A DNA stretch of 52,691 bases from NCBI GenBank assembly GCA_001938485.1, contig MQRK01233167.1, positions 30,285-82,975 of the forward strand, written 5' to 3'. This stretch comes from Girardia tigrina. Taxonomy: Eukaryota. This document shows, piece after piece, positions 26,568-39,122 of the stretch. Below the pieces are notes generated by a model. It had not been told where the DNA came from, ran no database searches, and saw only the letters and a list, made by a program, of their open reading frames with translations. The position numbers and the translations under genes were made by a program. Within the stretch, counting starts at the first letter, position 1. Each line of letters starts with the position of its first letter.

Positions 26568-26890
26568 NNNNNNNNNNNNNNNNNNNNNNNNNNNNNNNNN
26601 NNNNNNNNNNNNNNNNNNNNNNNNNNNNNNNNNNNNNNNNNNNNNNNNNNNNNNNNNNNNNNNNNNNNNNNNNNNNNNNNNNNNNNNNNNNNNNNNNNNN
26701 NNNNNNNNNNNNNNNNNNNNNNNNNNNNNNNNNNNNNNNNNNNNNNNNNNNNNNNNNNNNNNNNNNNNNNNNNNNNNNNNNNNNNNNNNNNNNNNNNNNN
26801 NNNNNNNNNNNNNNNNNNNNNNNNNNNNNNNNNNNNNNNNNNNNNNNNNNNNNNNNNNNNNNNNNNNNNNNNNNNNNNNNNNNNNNNNNN
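26568..26890. other. Assembly gap within a (TA)n microsatellite
   Basis: Run of N flanked by (TA)n. Confidence 1.
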
Positions 26891-27229
26891 TATATATATA
26901 TATATATATATTGGTCATATCATAAAGGATATCAATAAATAAAGAATGTTAAAAAAGAAAGAGAAAGACAAACAAGTTACCTTATTTCTCTTAGTGCTTA
27001 ATTAGAGCCACATGTTCCATTAGACCGACATGTTGACTACCACTCAAAACAATAGACCGATACTGCTTAATTAACGGATGTAAAGGCAAAATCTAGACAT
27101 TTTTGTCAATCTCAAAAAAAGAAAAAGTAAAAGTCTAATCGAAGTAAAACCTTTTTTAGCAAATGAACAGGACAAGTAGAACATGTAATAAACATCAAAC
27201 AAGAGACAACGGTTCAGTAGATTCAGAAA

Positions 27230-28080
27230 TCTTATTCCGACTTTGACAGTCCTATATTCATTCCACAAATACGACATCTCCATTTCATTCAATGATTTCT
27301 TCCCCTTACGATCCAACTGCATGATGTTCGTGGCCTTCCAACCTCGCTTGCAAACTTCGGATTTAAAATTGGCCACAATCCTCCACTGGACGGCATTGGG
27401 GAATGTTTGTAGGGTTGGATGTCTTGGGCGCAAATAGGATATGAAGTGACTCTAACAGTTGTAGTATGGAATTGGCTTAATGTATTGACACAAAGTCGGG
27501 TTCACTAACCTTTACATCCTCTGAAACACAGATCCAGACTATCAACTGAATGGAGAACTTCTTTTCAGGTCGATATTTCCCCAGAAGGGGGATTGGTTTG
27601 GATGTCCGAGGTGTAAAAGGGATCGTTTACGGATAGATAATTAGATTTGAGTTTGAAATAACACTCGTCATCCATGAGAATTATTTTTATTTTCAAAACT
27701 TCAAGTAATTTTCCGGGAAGATTTTTTGCAGTCTTCTCTTGTTCAGAGGTATCCTTCGGAGCTTTAATTCATTTATAACATCGAATTCATTGAGAACATT
27801 TATGATGGTTTGGTGACTCACATTGTGTTCCCTTGGTTTTTTGTCGGAGTGACACACCACTTTTGTTTACTGACCATCGACAGATACTGGCTCGTTGGGA
27901 GTTTGTCAGTTTCTTATTATGTCCACCACTCTATGGCTTGCGAGAAACATCCAAATTCACCTGTAGTATTGTAAGGATGGAGTAGATTGTCGAGCGTGCA
28001 AATCCCTCTTCTAAGAAGTGTTTCACAATGAAGAATTTTCCTTTCGTGTAATGCATTCTCTAAAATTTGCTAACACTGTC
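27230..28080 (-). pseudogene. Tc1/mariner-superfamily transposase relic, maT (DD37D)-like
   Basis: Minus strand: KFFIVKHFLEEGFARSTIYSIL (HTH), ILMDDECYF, and PKTSNPTNIPQCRPVED..KSEVCKRGWKATN. Confidence 0.75.
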
Positions 28081-28179
28081 TCGGAGCTGTTACCCTTTCA
28101 AGATGTCGTAGAAAAATTACGAACTGCAGCATGACGAAATGTTTTGTAATCAACACATGACAAATCAGAATTGTTTACC

Positions 28180-28561
28180 ACGATGATTATAACATTGGAA
28201 AATGCATTCATCGCTAAATATAACAGAATACCAAGTTTCTTTATCCCAATTTCGATATAATAAATCCCACTACATTCTTCTTTATCTCTGTTTAGCTGTA
28301 AGGAAAGGTTTCTTTACAGCTTTGAATACCCGTATTCTATATTTCTGTAAAATCATTTCGGATGTTGACTTACTTATGGCTATCGAGGAAGAAGAACTAA
28401 ATATCCTTGTAATATTTAACGTGGAAATATCATTGTTTAAACGACTTATGCGTTTAATCACTCTTTCTGATCTGGCGCTCAGTTTATGAGGTCTGTCTCC
28501 ACTTCTCCTGTTTTTAAATACTTCGTCCATGTATTTTGCATTCCACGTTTTGAAATATTTC
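28180..28561 (-). pseudogene. Tc1-like transposase N-terminal relic
   Basis: RRSGDRPHKLSARSERVIKRIS...AVKKPFLTAKQR, then IFSDE further on. Cut off at 28562 by another element. Confidence 0.8.
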
Positions 28562-28563
28562 TA

Positions 28564-28827
28564 CAGTGCGTTCAGAAAGTCACTGTGCACCTTTCATTGT
28601 CTGGTTTATGTTTAGATAATCAGCGTTGTAGCAGACTTTTTAAATGCAAATTTCTATGAAATCGAACTACGAAATAGATTCGTGAACAAAAAACATACCT
28701 ACACACTTTGACCTTGACACTGAGCGTTTTAAATTTTTTTAAAAAAATATCATTTTGATATTCAATCTAATCATTGACGAAAGTCAATTTATTGCGAAGT
28801 TAATTCCAATTGAAAATGGTTTTGTCA
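28564..28827 (+). mobile_element. 5' end of the mariner-like element seen at 31136
   Basis: TA + CAGTGCGTTCAGAAAGTCACTGTGCAC; nearly identical to 31136-31399; stops just after the transposase ATG. Confidence 0.9.
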
Positions 28828-29141
28828 TTGTTTTAAAATAATGACCAACTTAATACATATCATTAAGCCAGTGACATTTTCTTCTGGAATCTTTTTTACT
28901 AGCAGAATTGTCTTCTTGCTTGGCATTTGCAAATCTGTGTAAATTACCATTAATTACAGTCAACGAAAGCTATCATCAATTCAGATTATTACCTCAATTA
29001 AGATTAAACCTAAAATTTTTATATTTGTGGGAAGTTTATTGCACTTTTAAAATTCAATCAGTCTATTAATTATATAAATAATTAAAAATTTTAAAATGGT
29101 AATATGATTATCTAGTAATCATACCAAAAAATTTTTTGGTG

Positions 29142-29500
29142 TACAAGCCTTTATAATTTGTCATATGTTTGCGGTTCTGTATCTATTTCAACCACTTCCC
29201 ACATTTTGTTACTGAATTATCAAAGCCTACTAGGTGAAAGCCCGCTTTCTATTTGCATTTAGATGTAGCAATTTTCAAAGCCCACTACTGAGGAAAACAT
29301 GAGAACGACATTTTATTCACTTTTTGCGGCCAAACTAAAGGCGGCAGATGAGCAGTGCCAGCGAAAAAGTGTATTGTCACCTAGAATACATCAGTCCTGA
29401 AAGTTTCATGTCGCTAGGTGAACGGAAAGTGGGTGAATTTTCGATCGCAAGATTTGATGCATCAGACAGACAAACAAATGAAACGTAATAAAAGCTTGTA
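29142..29500. mobile_element. Non-autonomous element with inverted ends and a GACA tract
   Basis: TACAAGCCTTTAT / ATAAAAGCTTGTA; internal inverted CAACCACTTCCC / GGAAAGTGGGTG; CAGACAGACAAAC near the right end. Confidence 0.5.
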
Positions 29501-29988
29501 AAAATTGGCTAATCTTTATTAAGGTGTGGTAACTTTTTCTTTTCAAATTTTTATTTGTAGTAAACATTGTAAAATAAAACACACATTTTAAAATTTTTAT
29601 TATGAAAACGCCAAAAAGTTCTTATCTAAAATAAATCCATGTGACGGAACAACAGACACCCATATATAAATAAGAATTTTTAATTCGTAAATATTGAGTT
29701 AAATAAAAATGAATATTGAAAAATTGAATTCTTTACATCAGCTATTGAAGTAAATTTAAAATTCATTATTTGAAACTGTCACAATTATTTTTATTCAATT
29801 TAAAACATATTCAACATTCGAAAGATTTATTTAGTTTCCAATTTACCAAATTCTTTTCTCACACAATCAATCTAACAAACAAAAATACAATTTTTTTACT
29901 ATATATCGATTTTTTTTAAATTAATATAAAATTTTTTCAATGAATCAAATCAGTTTTATTGATTTTTATTTATCAGTTTGGTAGTCCA

Positions 29989-30443
29989 TCTGAGGAATGT
30001 TTTGAATTTTGTGTTTATTCGGATTGTACCTCTCCTGCACAGATAGATGATTGGTATTTTCCTTGATTCCTACTAATTAAAAAAAAATAAAATTTAATTA
30101 TAAAGTAAAAAGATTTAAAATAAATTTTGAATGTATTATTTAATTTTTAATGTAATTTAAAATTTGAATATATTAATTTAATGTGTACTTTTCTAAAAAT
30201 GTTTAGATTTCATTTTAACCAATTGGATTCTTTATAATTAATAATTTTTATTAACAGATTTTCATTTATTGAAAATAATTAGTATGAATTCAAAAATATA
30301 TTGATCAAGAAAAATGTCAAATAGTGAAGGAGTTTGTGATAATTATAAAAATAACAGATACACTCCAGAAATTATCGTGTATGTGGATCTGATATCTTTA
30401 TTGTTTGTGACTAATGAAGAAACTAATCAGGTTGACCTAACTA
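29989..30443 (+). mobile_element. Solo-LTR family A, diverged
   Basis: TCTGAGGAATG start; core CTCTCCTGCACAGATAGATGATT; 455 bp; flanks GTCCA / GTACA (4/5 match). Confidence 0.55.
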
Positions 30444-31135
30444 GTACAGTTCGGTGAACCTGTTTAGTACGTCAAAAATAAAATAAAAAATTAACAAATG
30501 TCAAATAAAAAATAACTGTATTGTTAACAAAATATAATTTTTATAACTCTAACCGATACAGGGAACTGTCAATGAAATTTTTGGGATCGTCAAATGTATA
30601 TAGTATAAAAATTCACCGCTTGATATTGTTTGGGATAAAATATAGTTTTTTGCAATGAAATATTGTAGTTGGCTATAAAACGTTATTGTCGTCAAAAATA
30701 AATGATATTGATAGTCAAATATAGTCAGGATGAAAATAAATTAGTGACCAAACATTGTTCGTAACATCAGTAAATCATAGTTTTCAATTGCATTTTCAGT
30801 AGTATATTTTTTTCAGTTTCAATAATAGTAATTAATGGAAATATTCTTTACGACTTTATTTTGAAACAATGATATTGATCATGGAAATCAATATTTCTAT
30901 GGTTAATTTAAATTTAATTTTTATTATAGCTTCGCTATATTAATTTATATATTGTTGTAAATGACCACATTATTTGATTTAGTTTCTTCTCGTTTACAAC
31001 ACAAGTGACACTTAAAAAATAATCACACAGACACTCAACAGTCGTGGAGGTTGTTGACACGACAATAAAAAAATTAAGGCATTCGTCCTTTGAATAAAAA
31101 CTAAAAAATAATAATTGACATAAAATATAAAAATA

Positions 31136-32552
31136 CAGTGCGTTCAGAAAGTCACTGTGCACCTTTCATTGTCTGGTTTATTTTTAGATAATCAGCGTTT
31201 TAGCAGACTTTTTAAATGCAAATTTCTATGAAATCGAACTATGAAATAGATTCGTGAACAAAAAACATACCTACAAACTTTGACCTTGACACTGAGCGTT
31301 TTAAATTTTTTTAAAAAAAATATCATTTTGATATTCAATCTAATATTGACGAAAGTCATTTTATTGCGAAGTTAATTCCAATTGAAAATGGTTTTGTCAA
31401 CGGAGGAGAGAATATTTTTGATTGAACATGTCTTTCGTGCGAATGATGAATACACAGAACCAGTGAAGGAAAAATTTGCTGAAAAGTTTCCGCAACAGCA
31501 ATACCTCATCGAAATGCAGTTCGAGCGTTAGTGAACAAGTTCAGAGAAACTGGATCCGTTCCTGATGCCTCCCACTCAGGTCGACCAACGATTTTAACGG
31601 AGCAAAAAGTCAATGTTATTTCGAAAGCCATGAGCCAGAGTCCAACAATGTCGATGCGCCGTTTATCTCAAGAAGTGAGTGTATCCGTTGAAACTGCACA
31701 TGCCGCCGTGAGGAAAACTTTAAGCTTATATCCATATCGTATTACTTGTCAACATGAGTTGAAAGACACAGACTTTGAAAAGCGACTCCAGTTTTGTCAT
31801 TGGTTCAAGGAAAATCTGAATGAGGATGACATGCTCGACAAGACTTTTTTTCCGATGAAGCGTGGTTTCATTTGTCTGGATATGTGAGTAGCCAAAATTC
31901 TCGAGTTTGGTCCAGTGAAAATCCGCATGAATTTGTTTAGAAGCCTTTGCATTCCTTGAAAGTTGGAGTATGGTGTGCCATGTCCAGGTGGCGTGTAATT
32001 GGTCCCATCTTTTTTACTGAAACCATAACATCAGAAAGGTACTGCAAGGAAATCCTTTCTGCTTTCATCGACCAGTTAAACTAAAGAAGAACGATCGACT
32101 GGCTATTTTCAGCAGGATGGTGCAACAGCACATACCGCAAACATTTCGCTTCGTTCTTTGAATGAGATCTTCCCGAAGAGAATCATTTCCAAAGGAANNN
32201 NNNNNNNNNNNNNNNNNNNNNNNNNNNNNNNNNNNNNNNNNNNNNNNNNNNNNNNNNNNNNNNNNNNNNNNNNNNNNNNNNNNNNNNNNNNNNNNNNNNN
32301 NNNNNNNNNNNNNNNNNNNNNNNNNNNNNNNNNNNNNNNNNNNNNNNNNNNNNNNNNNNNNNNNNNNNNNNNNNNNNNNNNNNNNCAGCAGTTGTTGTGA
32401 CTCTTTTCTTGTTATTTTTAATAAATTAAGAGACGGTCATTGTTCTTCACATAAAATTGACTATTCAAAATATTTTGTTATTAATTTTTAGAACACAGGA
32501 TATCCTTCTTGTTTTGAAATTGCATGTGCACAGTTACTTTTTGAACGCACTG
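31136..32552 (+). mobile_element. Tc1/mariner-superfamily transposon, full length, frameshifted (DUF4817-type N-terminus)
   Basis: 27-bp TIRs CAGTGCGTTCAGAAAGTCACTGTGCAC / GTGCACAGTTACTTTTTGAACGCACTG with TA on both sides. ATG at 31388; KFRETGSV, FSDEAWFHLSG, PLHSLKVGVWCA, FQQDGATAHT. The third catalytic residue lies in the N gap. Confidence 0.93.
32198..32385. other. Assembly gap
   Basis: Run of N. Confidence 1.
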
Positions 32553-32719
32553 TATTATATCTTGTAAATAGTTCGACCTTTATTTGATTCTATGCACTTC
32601 CTGCATTTTTAAGCGCAACAATAATTCCATGCTCAAATTCACTAAATACTCTTGACATTTAATTTATCCTAAATTAAAAAAAAATAAGTCATTAATGAAA
32701 ATTTCAATATTTATGTTTC

Positions 32720-34550
32720 AGTATGATGATGTTTTAATTTACTCAAAATCAATGAAGGTTCATATGAGACTACTAGAAGAAGTACTGAATAGACTGAAGA
32801 AAGCATGTTTAAAAGTCAATCCAGGGAAATGTAAATTCGGACTGGGGGAGCTGGTATTCTTGGGTCATAAAATTAACAAAGAAGGTATCTCAACAAATAA
32901 ATTGAAAGTGGCAGAAATTCAAAAATTTCCTATTCCAAAGTGTACTCAAAATCACGAGCATTTTTGATCTGTGTAACTACTATCGATGATTTATCAAGAA
33001 TTACGCCGAATTAGCAGCACCTTTATACAGTGCATGTAGCGGAAAATGTAAAGAAATGTTTTAGTTAGACAAGTGCGACAGAAGCTTTAATGAATTGAAG
33101 CAAAAGTAGTAGTACGCCAATGTTAGCATTTGTGAACCGGAATAATAATTTCATCTTACACAGATGAATCATTCTGATTGATGGGAGCAGTTCTAAGTCA
33201 GATATCAGAAGAGAAAGAAATAATAATCGCGTATGCATCGAGGACTTTAACCACACTTGAAAAGGGTACTGTGTGACAAGAAAGGAACTATTAGCTTTAC
33301 AAGAGTTCATGTTACATTTCAAGTAATATTTATATGGCAAGCGATTTACAGCAAGAACTGATCATAAAGCACTGGTGTATATGAAGAGTACTTCCAAACC
33401 AGTAACTCCTCAATTCCAGACATAATTAGAAAAAATGGCGGATTTGACTTTGATTTGAGGTATATAAATGGTGACGAACATGGAAATGCAGATGGATTAT
33501 CATGGCTATACGACGACGTTTGTGCACAATGTGAAACAAAACACGAAGAACCAATATCAACAAAAGCAAGGGTGAAACACATCAATACAGTGATGATTCA
33601 GTCTACAATTCAATGGATAAAAGACGAGCAAGTAAAGTGCTCAGAGTTGAACCAGTTGAAACAAATACAGGAGATGGCAGAGGGTGAAAAGAATGAAATC
33701 ATCAAGGATTTATTACAACTAAAGGACCAATTAGTTTATCAGAATAGGTTATGGGATAGGCAAGAAGGAAATTGTGTGTTACCATTGGTTCCGAAGCAAA
33801 TTGAAGAGATTTAATCAGGAAAATACACAGAGATTTGTGTCATGTAAGGACCAAAAAGACAAAGAAGTATGTCTAAAATCATTTTATGCTACCAGATTTA
33901 GCGAAAGAGGTGCAAATCGTTATAGGAGAATATCAGGAATTTATACGCAGAAAAATTCCCAGTGAAAAAGCAAAAGAGAAGTTGATTCCAATCAGAAGTG
34001 ACGAATTTTTAGAGCAAGTCGTGATGGATATCGCAAATGTGGGTGACAAGAATAGTATGTACCCATATCTATTGGTCATGGTGGACCAGTTTTCGAAATT
34101 GGTCTCTTTGACAGAGATTAGAACTCAAAACGAAGACACCATAGTTCAATGCGTGTTGATAAAATGGATATATAGATATGAGAAGCCAAAAACAATATTA
34201 ACAGACAATGGAAAATGTTTTACTGGCGGAAAATTTAGAGATTTTTGCAGGAAATTTGGAATCGAACAAAGATTTAGTAGTCCATTCCAACATAAATCAA
34301 ACGGGTTGGCAGAAAGAACTATTCGAACAGTGAGAGACATGATAGTAACAAGCAGAGGAGACACAGACAAACGATCATTGTGAAAAATTGTTCCGAAGAT
34401 AGAATTCTATCTAAATACAGCAGTTCAGGGTACGACCGGATATTCGCCCTTTGAAGTTGTTTTTGGTAAAAAAATAAACTTACATGCGGCAGCAGTACAT
34501 AAACTTTATTATATCGTGATAAAAAACGATAATAACATTAAAGTTGGGAG
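32720..34550 (+). mobile_element. Ty3/Gypsy pol fragment (RT end, RNase H, integrase), related to 17280-20640
   Basis: DDVLIYS...LKVNPGKC; RTDHKAL; EHGNADGLS; EQVVMDIA...VDQFSK...TDNG...SNGLAERTIRTVRDM. Confidence 0.92.
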
Positions 34551-35505
34551 TGGCAGCTATGTTTAATAACAATAAAGGTGGAAGTTTATATTTAAAGGAA
34601 ACAAAGAAAGTAAGTAAGTATAAATTTTTAATATATCATATAATTTTGATTGTACTGGAAAGTGTAAGAAGAATAATTTTATGGTTAGCCAAAAAGTTTA
34701 ATTTTTAAATTTATAAAATCATATATTTGTAAATTATAATAATTTTTCGAATGGCCACTAAGACTCTCAACAAAGTGCAAAATCGGTCAGGCGACTGTTG
34801 AATACTTTATTTTGTAATGTTTTAATTAATCAGTTGAATTTAAATATATTTTTATAAAAATAAAGTGTTTTTTATTATCATAATAAATTAAAAAGAGAGC
34901 TCAACACATCTAACACTCAATTCTTAAAATGATTGAGTTGTTAATAAAGTAGCAAATTTTTAGTATTAAGATTTGAAATAAATAACGTATGAATATTTAT
35001 AATTAAATTAAAATTTGTATATTTATATTTATATTTAGCAATTTTGATATCTGCTTTTTGCGAAATAAGAAAACATCATTCCTTATAAATATTGTTTGAA
35101 AAATAGTTTAATTGTTATAAATAAATACTTGTTGTTTGAAATCTCGTCGATCATGAACCCAACACTGATCATTTGTTCATTTTTTCTTTTTTGTACTGTT
35201 TATTTGTATTATTTATATCGCTTGTATAATGTAAAAAGAAAGACATAATATCATGACTTTATATGATTATTTCTTTATTGCATATTTAAACATTGATGTC
35301 ATGATCATTCACGATTCAGTTTGGTTACGACGATTGGGGGAATGACTAAGAGAATTTACTTGTTTATACAGTACAGGGACAGGACAAATTTCAAAGACGA
35401 AGTAATGCATAAACCAGTTACAATTAACTCTTCAAGATATTTTTGATATGATAAGAATTTTCGTTTAGATTTATTAGTTTTCCTGGATAAAACAAAATAC
35501 AATAT

Positions 35506-35710
35506 TGTGACCAAGGGAAATTCTCTGAAACATCTAGTGGTACGAGAGCGGGCGCAGCGTGGTGGTATTTGTGGATGATCTGCGGGACGCGGGGGCTTAA
35601 ATTCATAATCTCCCCAAGGGGAAGCTCAGACTCGTAATCCGTGACACTGTCGAGATGAACACGGATGCCCAGACCACTAATAACACGTCATCACGACTCG
35701 ATCATAACAC
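35506..35710. other. GC-rich island with nested helices (LTR fragment or structured RNA)
   Basis: Five complementary pairs within 145 nt (see findings). The island starts TGTGAC and ends near TAACA. No TSD. Confidence 0.35.
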
Positions 35711-36663
35711 TTGACAATTCCTCCGTATTAACTGTGTCAGGATATTTTTTTTTAAATTCATCTAAAAGGTCACTTGGAAATACCGGTGAGTGAATGCTGA
35801 CGTTGTATTTTTTTACATAAAAGCAAGATCAATTTTTCATCTTCATATTTTTTAAATAAACCATCATGTTATTTGCACACATTTGATTTAATAGAATCTT
35901 TCTCCATGATATTATCTCCTTCGATCAAGTAATTAACAACATATTGATAATTCAATTCATTTCTATCGGAATGACAACACAACGACCGATTGGCAATTTT
36001 CATTGAAAAACAATTGAACGCACACAAATCTTTATTTATTTTCAAAACAGGAACAGATATGGCAACTTCTAGAATCCACAAAGAAAATTTTCAGAAAATT
36101 TTCGCACCAATTTTAATAAAAAAATCGATTAAAACAAATCGAAAAACTGTCGATATTTAATTTAACAAAACACAGTAATTAAAATGTGAAAATTGAATCG
36201 AAATCGAGAGAAAGATTTTCCATTGCGTTTTTGATTTTGTTCGGTTGATGATTTTTGAATTTATTTAATTTCAATTGATATGACAAGAATTTGAAGATGT
36301 GATTGGGATCGTTTCCACCGAAATGACTGGAATTATCATCGTCTTCCTCTTTTAAATCAAACAACATCCTATTCACAACTCTATTAAAACTCAATAGAGA
36401 TTTTATTAAAAACTTGATTCAGCCTTTTTTAAATAATTTCTAGAAAATTAAATAATTAAAATTCAAAATATTAGAATTCGCGCTTTGTGAAAAAGAAGCA
36501 AGGCCGAAAATGTTTGCAAAGATTGTATTCTTCAACTGCATAAAGAGATACAACGAGTATAAATACCCTTAATATAAAGAGAATTATTCATTAAGAGAAT
36601 TACAACTAACAATTGTACAAATTCTGTATCTGTAGCTCTTTTCAATTCCCAATTAATTGTAAT

Positions 36664-37080
36664 TATTAAGAACATTAATTGAGTTTCCTTTACATTTATT
36701 ATTATCACAATTTGAATTGTCACTACAACAATTCTCCGTAAAACTTACGTAGCTCATCATCGTTCTTGATTGATAATCTTTAATAATATTCTTTAACGTC
36801 TTATTATTCAAACAAATTTAAAATACAATTTAATCCTTACAAAAATTATTTATAATTGAAATTTAAAATAATTTTTATTTATTTTAAGAAATTATTATTA
36901 AAATATTATTTATGAGATATTAGTTTAATTTTAACTATTTAACTTTATTATTTAACTTTTAATAATTGATTAAACAACTCGACGTTTTAAAGTATTTAAG
37001 ATATCAATCTTCCATCAGGGTGGGAGAAACACAATCCTAAAACAACACACAATAAACACAATTCAAAAATATTCCTCACA
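36664..37080 (-). mobile_element. Solo-LTR family A, diverged
   Basis: Ends AATATTCCTCACA; core CCATCAGGGTGGGAGA; GTAAT at 36659-36663 and 37081-37085. Confidence 0.55.
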
Positions 37081-38154
37081 GTAATCATAGCCAACATCCA
37101 TTGACAGTGAGAATTTAGTCTGCGATCAATTCTTTTCGTGTTGAAAACAGATCATAGCGACCACATATTAGTTATTATTAGTCTTTAATTGGTTCATAAT
37201 TTTAATCAACATCATATATTTGTATATTCTTTGACGTTTCGTTCATAGTTAACTGAACTCTAGGATTTCTTATAACAAAAATCATTAATCAAAATTGTTA
37301 ATTAATATTAATTTAATTAATTTTTCAAACATTCGTTTTCCATTTCAAAAATAAAAAAAACATTTTTCTTAAAATCATTTACAAAAAACAATTTCTAATA
37401 AAAATTTCCGCAAAAAAATTCATTTTCTGATCGAATGAGACATTCGTTTTACTGAATGTCGCCGAGCGACAATTTGAATTCGGATTTGTAATCGGAGTTA
37501 AATTTGAATATTGTTCAATCGCGAGGGAATGGCGAATAAAGCGCGCGTGAGTTCGATTTCATTCTATTTGCGATTATTCCGTCTAATTCGAGTGAATCGA
37601 TCCAAATAGAACGAAAAATAAATTTAATGTTGGAAATATTTCTTCCACGTGGACCGAAAAAATAAAATAAATATCTTTAAAATAATTTTATTAATATTTT
37701 ATTTATTTTTTTCTGTGTTTTTATTGTTGATTTTTTTTATGTAATATCTTTATATAATTTATTGTTTTCATCTTTTTATTTATTCTTTTTAATATAATAT
37801 TTTTTCATTCTTATTTGTTTATTATTATTATTAATTTTAATAATTTAATTTTCATTTATTAATATTTTTTATTATTTTATTTTGTGTTTATGTGGATTTA
37901 TTCCGGATTTTTAATATATTAATATTTTTATATTATTTTTCACCTTATTTATTTATTCTAAATTTTTCATTATTTGATTTTGTTTTATTTATTATCATTT
38001 TTAACATTTTATATTATCTTTTTTTATTTATTAATCTTAAAATAATTTATGTTTTATTTATTATTATCTTGTAATATTTAATTCTTTTATCCTTCTTTGT
38101 AATTCTCCAAAAATCACTATCTTACCTAAAAAATAATAAAATGTTTTCAGGACT

Positions 38155-38405
38155 TCCCAAATTTCATTAAAAATTTTAATTTCTTGTTAATTCAATTATT
38201 TCGCCCAAAATTAATTCATTAAATTTTGAAAATTTACGAAATTTTAACTTTAAAATATATTTATATTTTTTACGAAAATTTTACGAAATTTAAACCTTAA
38301 AATAATTATTAAATTTTTACGAAACTACCATAAAAACTAATTAATTTAAATTTACATTAAAAAAATTATTTCTTGAAATATTAATCCGTTAATTATTTAT
38401 TTTAA
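38155..38405 (+). repeat. AT-rich dispersed repeat
   Basis: Second copy of 4815-5155. Confidence 0.7.
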
Positions 38406-38597
38406 AATTTATTTAAACTTATTCCATAACTTTTATTAAAATATATCAATTGTTATTACTGTAAGTATATTTTAAATACGTATTTATTTATCATATTTTT
38501 ATTATACATTTTAATTTTTAATTTATTTCTTTGAAATTTTCAAATTAAAAAAATAATAAACTATTTTGGCGAAACTTAAATTTAAACTAACCCCTCA

Positions 38598-39122
38598 TAT
38601 GCCGAATTTGAGTAATTACCGAATTCACGAACTCGGCAATTTTTAAAAAATTTTTTTAATTTAATTATGAAATTGAAAAAAAGTATTTTATATGAAAATT
38701 ATCAATTTAAATATGAGAAAATATCAAAAATTCTGTATTTAATATGAAAAAATATCAATATAATATGAAAAAAATGTTTAAAAAAATACCAACGTTTGCA
38801 ATTCATCTTGTCACCAAGGAACAAGTTTTAAGAACTATGAATAAAAAAATACATTCGAAGTCTATTTTGCATAATAAACTATTTTTTTACATATTTAATT
38901 TATTTTTTCATTAATAAATACATTAAATTATAACATAAATTATTACATATTAAATTATTAATTTCATATTTTTCATAATTAATTGATTTTTTCACGTTAA
39001 ATACAGAGTCTTTCATTTTTAATTGGGAAATTGTCATATTAAAATAAAAATTATCATATAGTTAGTGAATTCGTCAAAAATTGATTAGTTCATGAATTCG
39101 GCAATTACACAAGTTCGGTGTA
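38598..39122. mobile_element. MITE/foldback element with ~45-bp TIRs
   Basis: Left TATGCCGAATTTGAGTAATTACCGAATTCACGAAC; right end reverse-complemented TACACCGAACTTGTGTAATTGCCGAATTCATGAAC. Inner inverted similarity continues. TA at both ends. Confidence 0.75.

Noticed and set aside
35585-35640. GGGGGCTTAA and CTCAGACT resemble RNase MRP/P P4 strands
   Set aside because: No matching partner strand with the conserved GAAAGUC-type motif in the right order.
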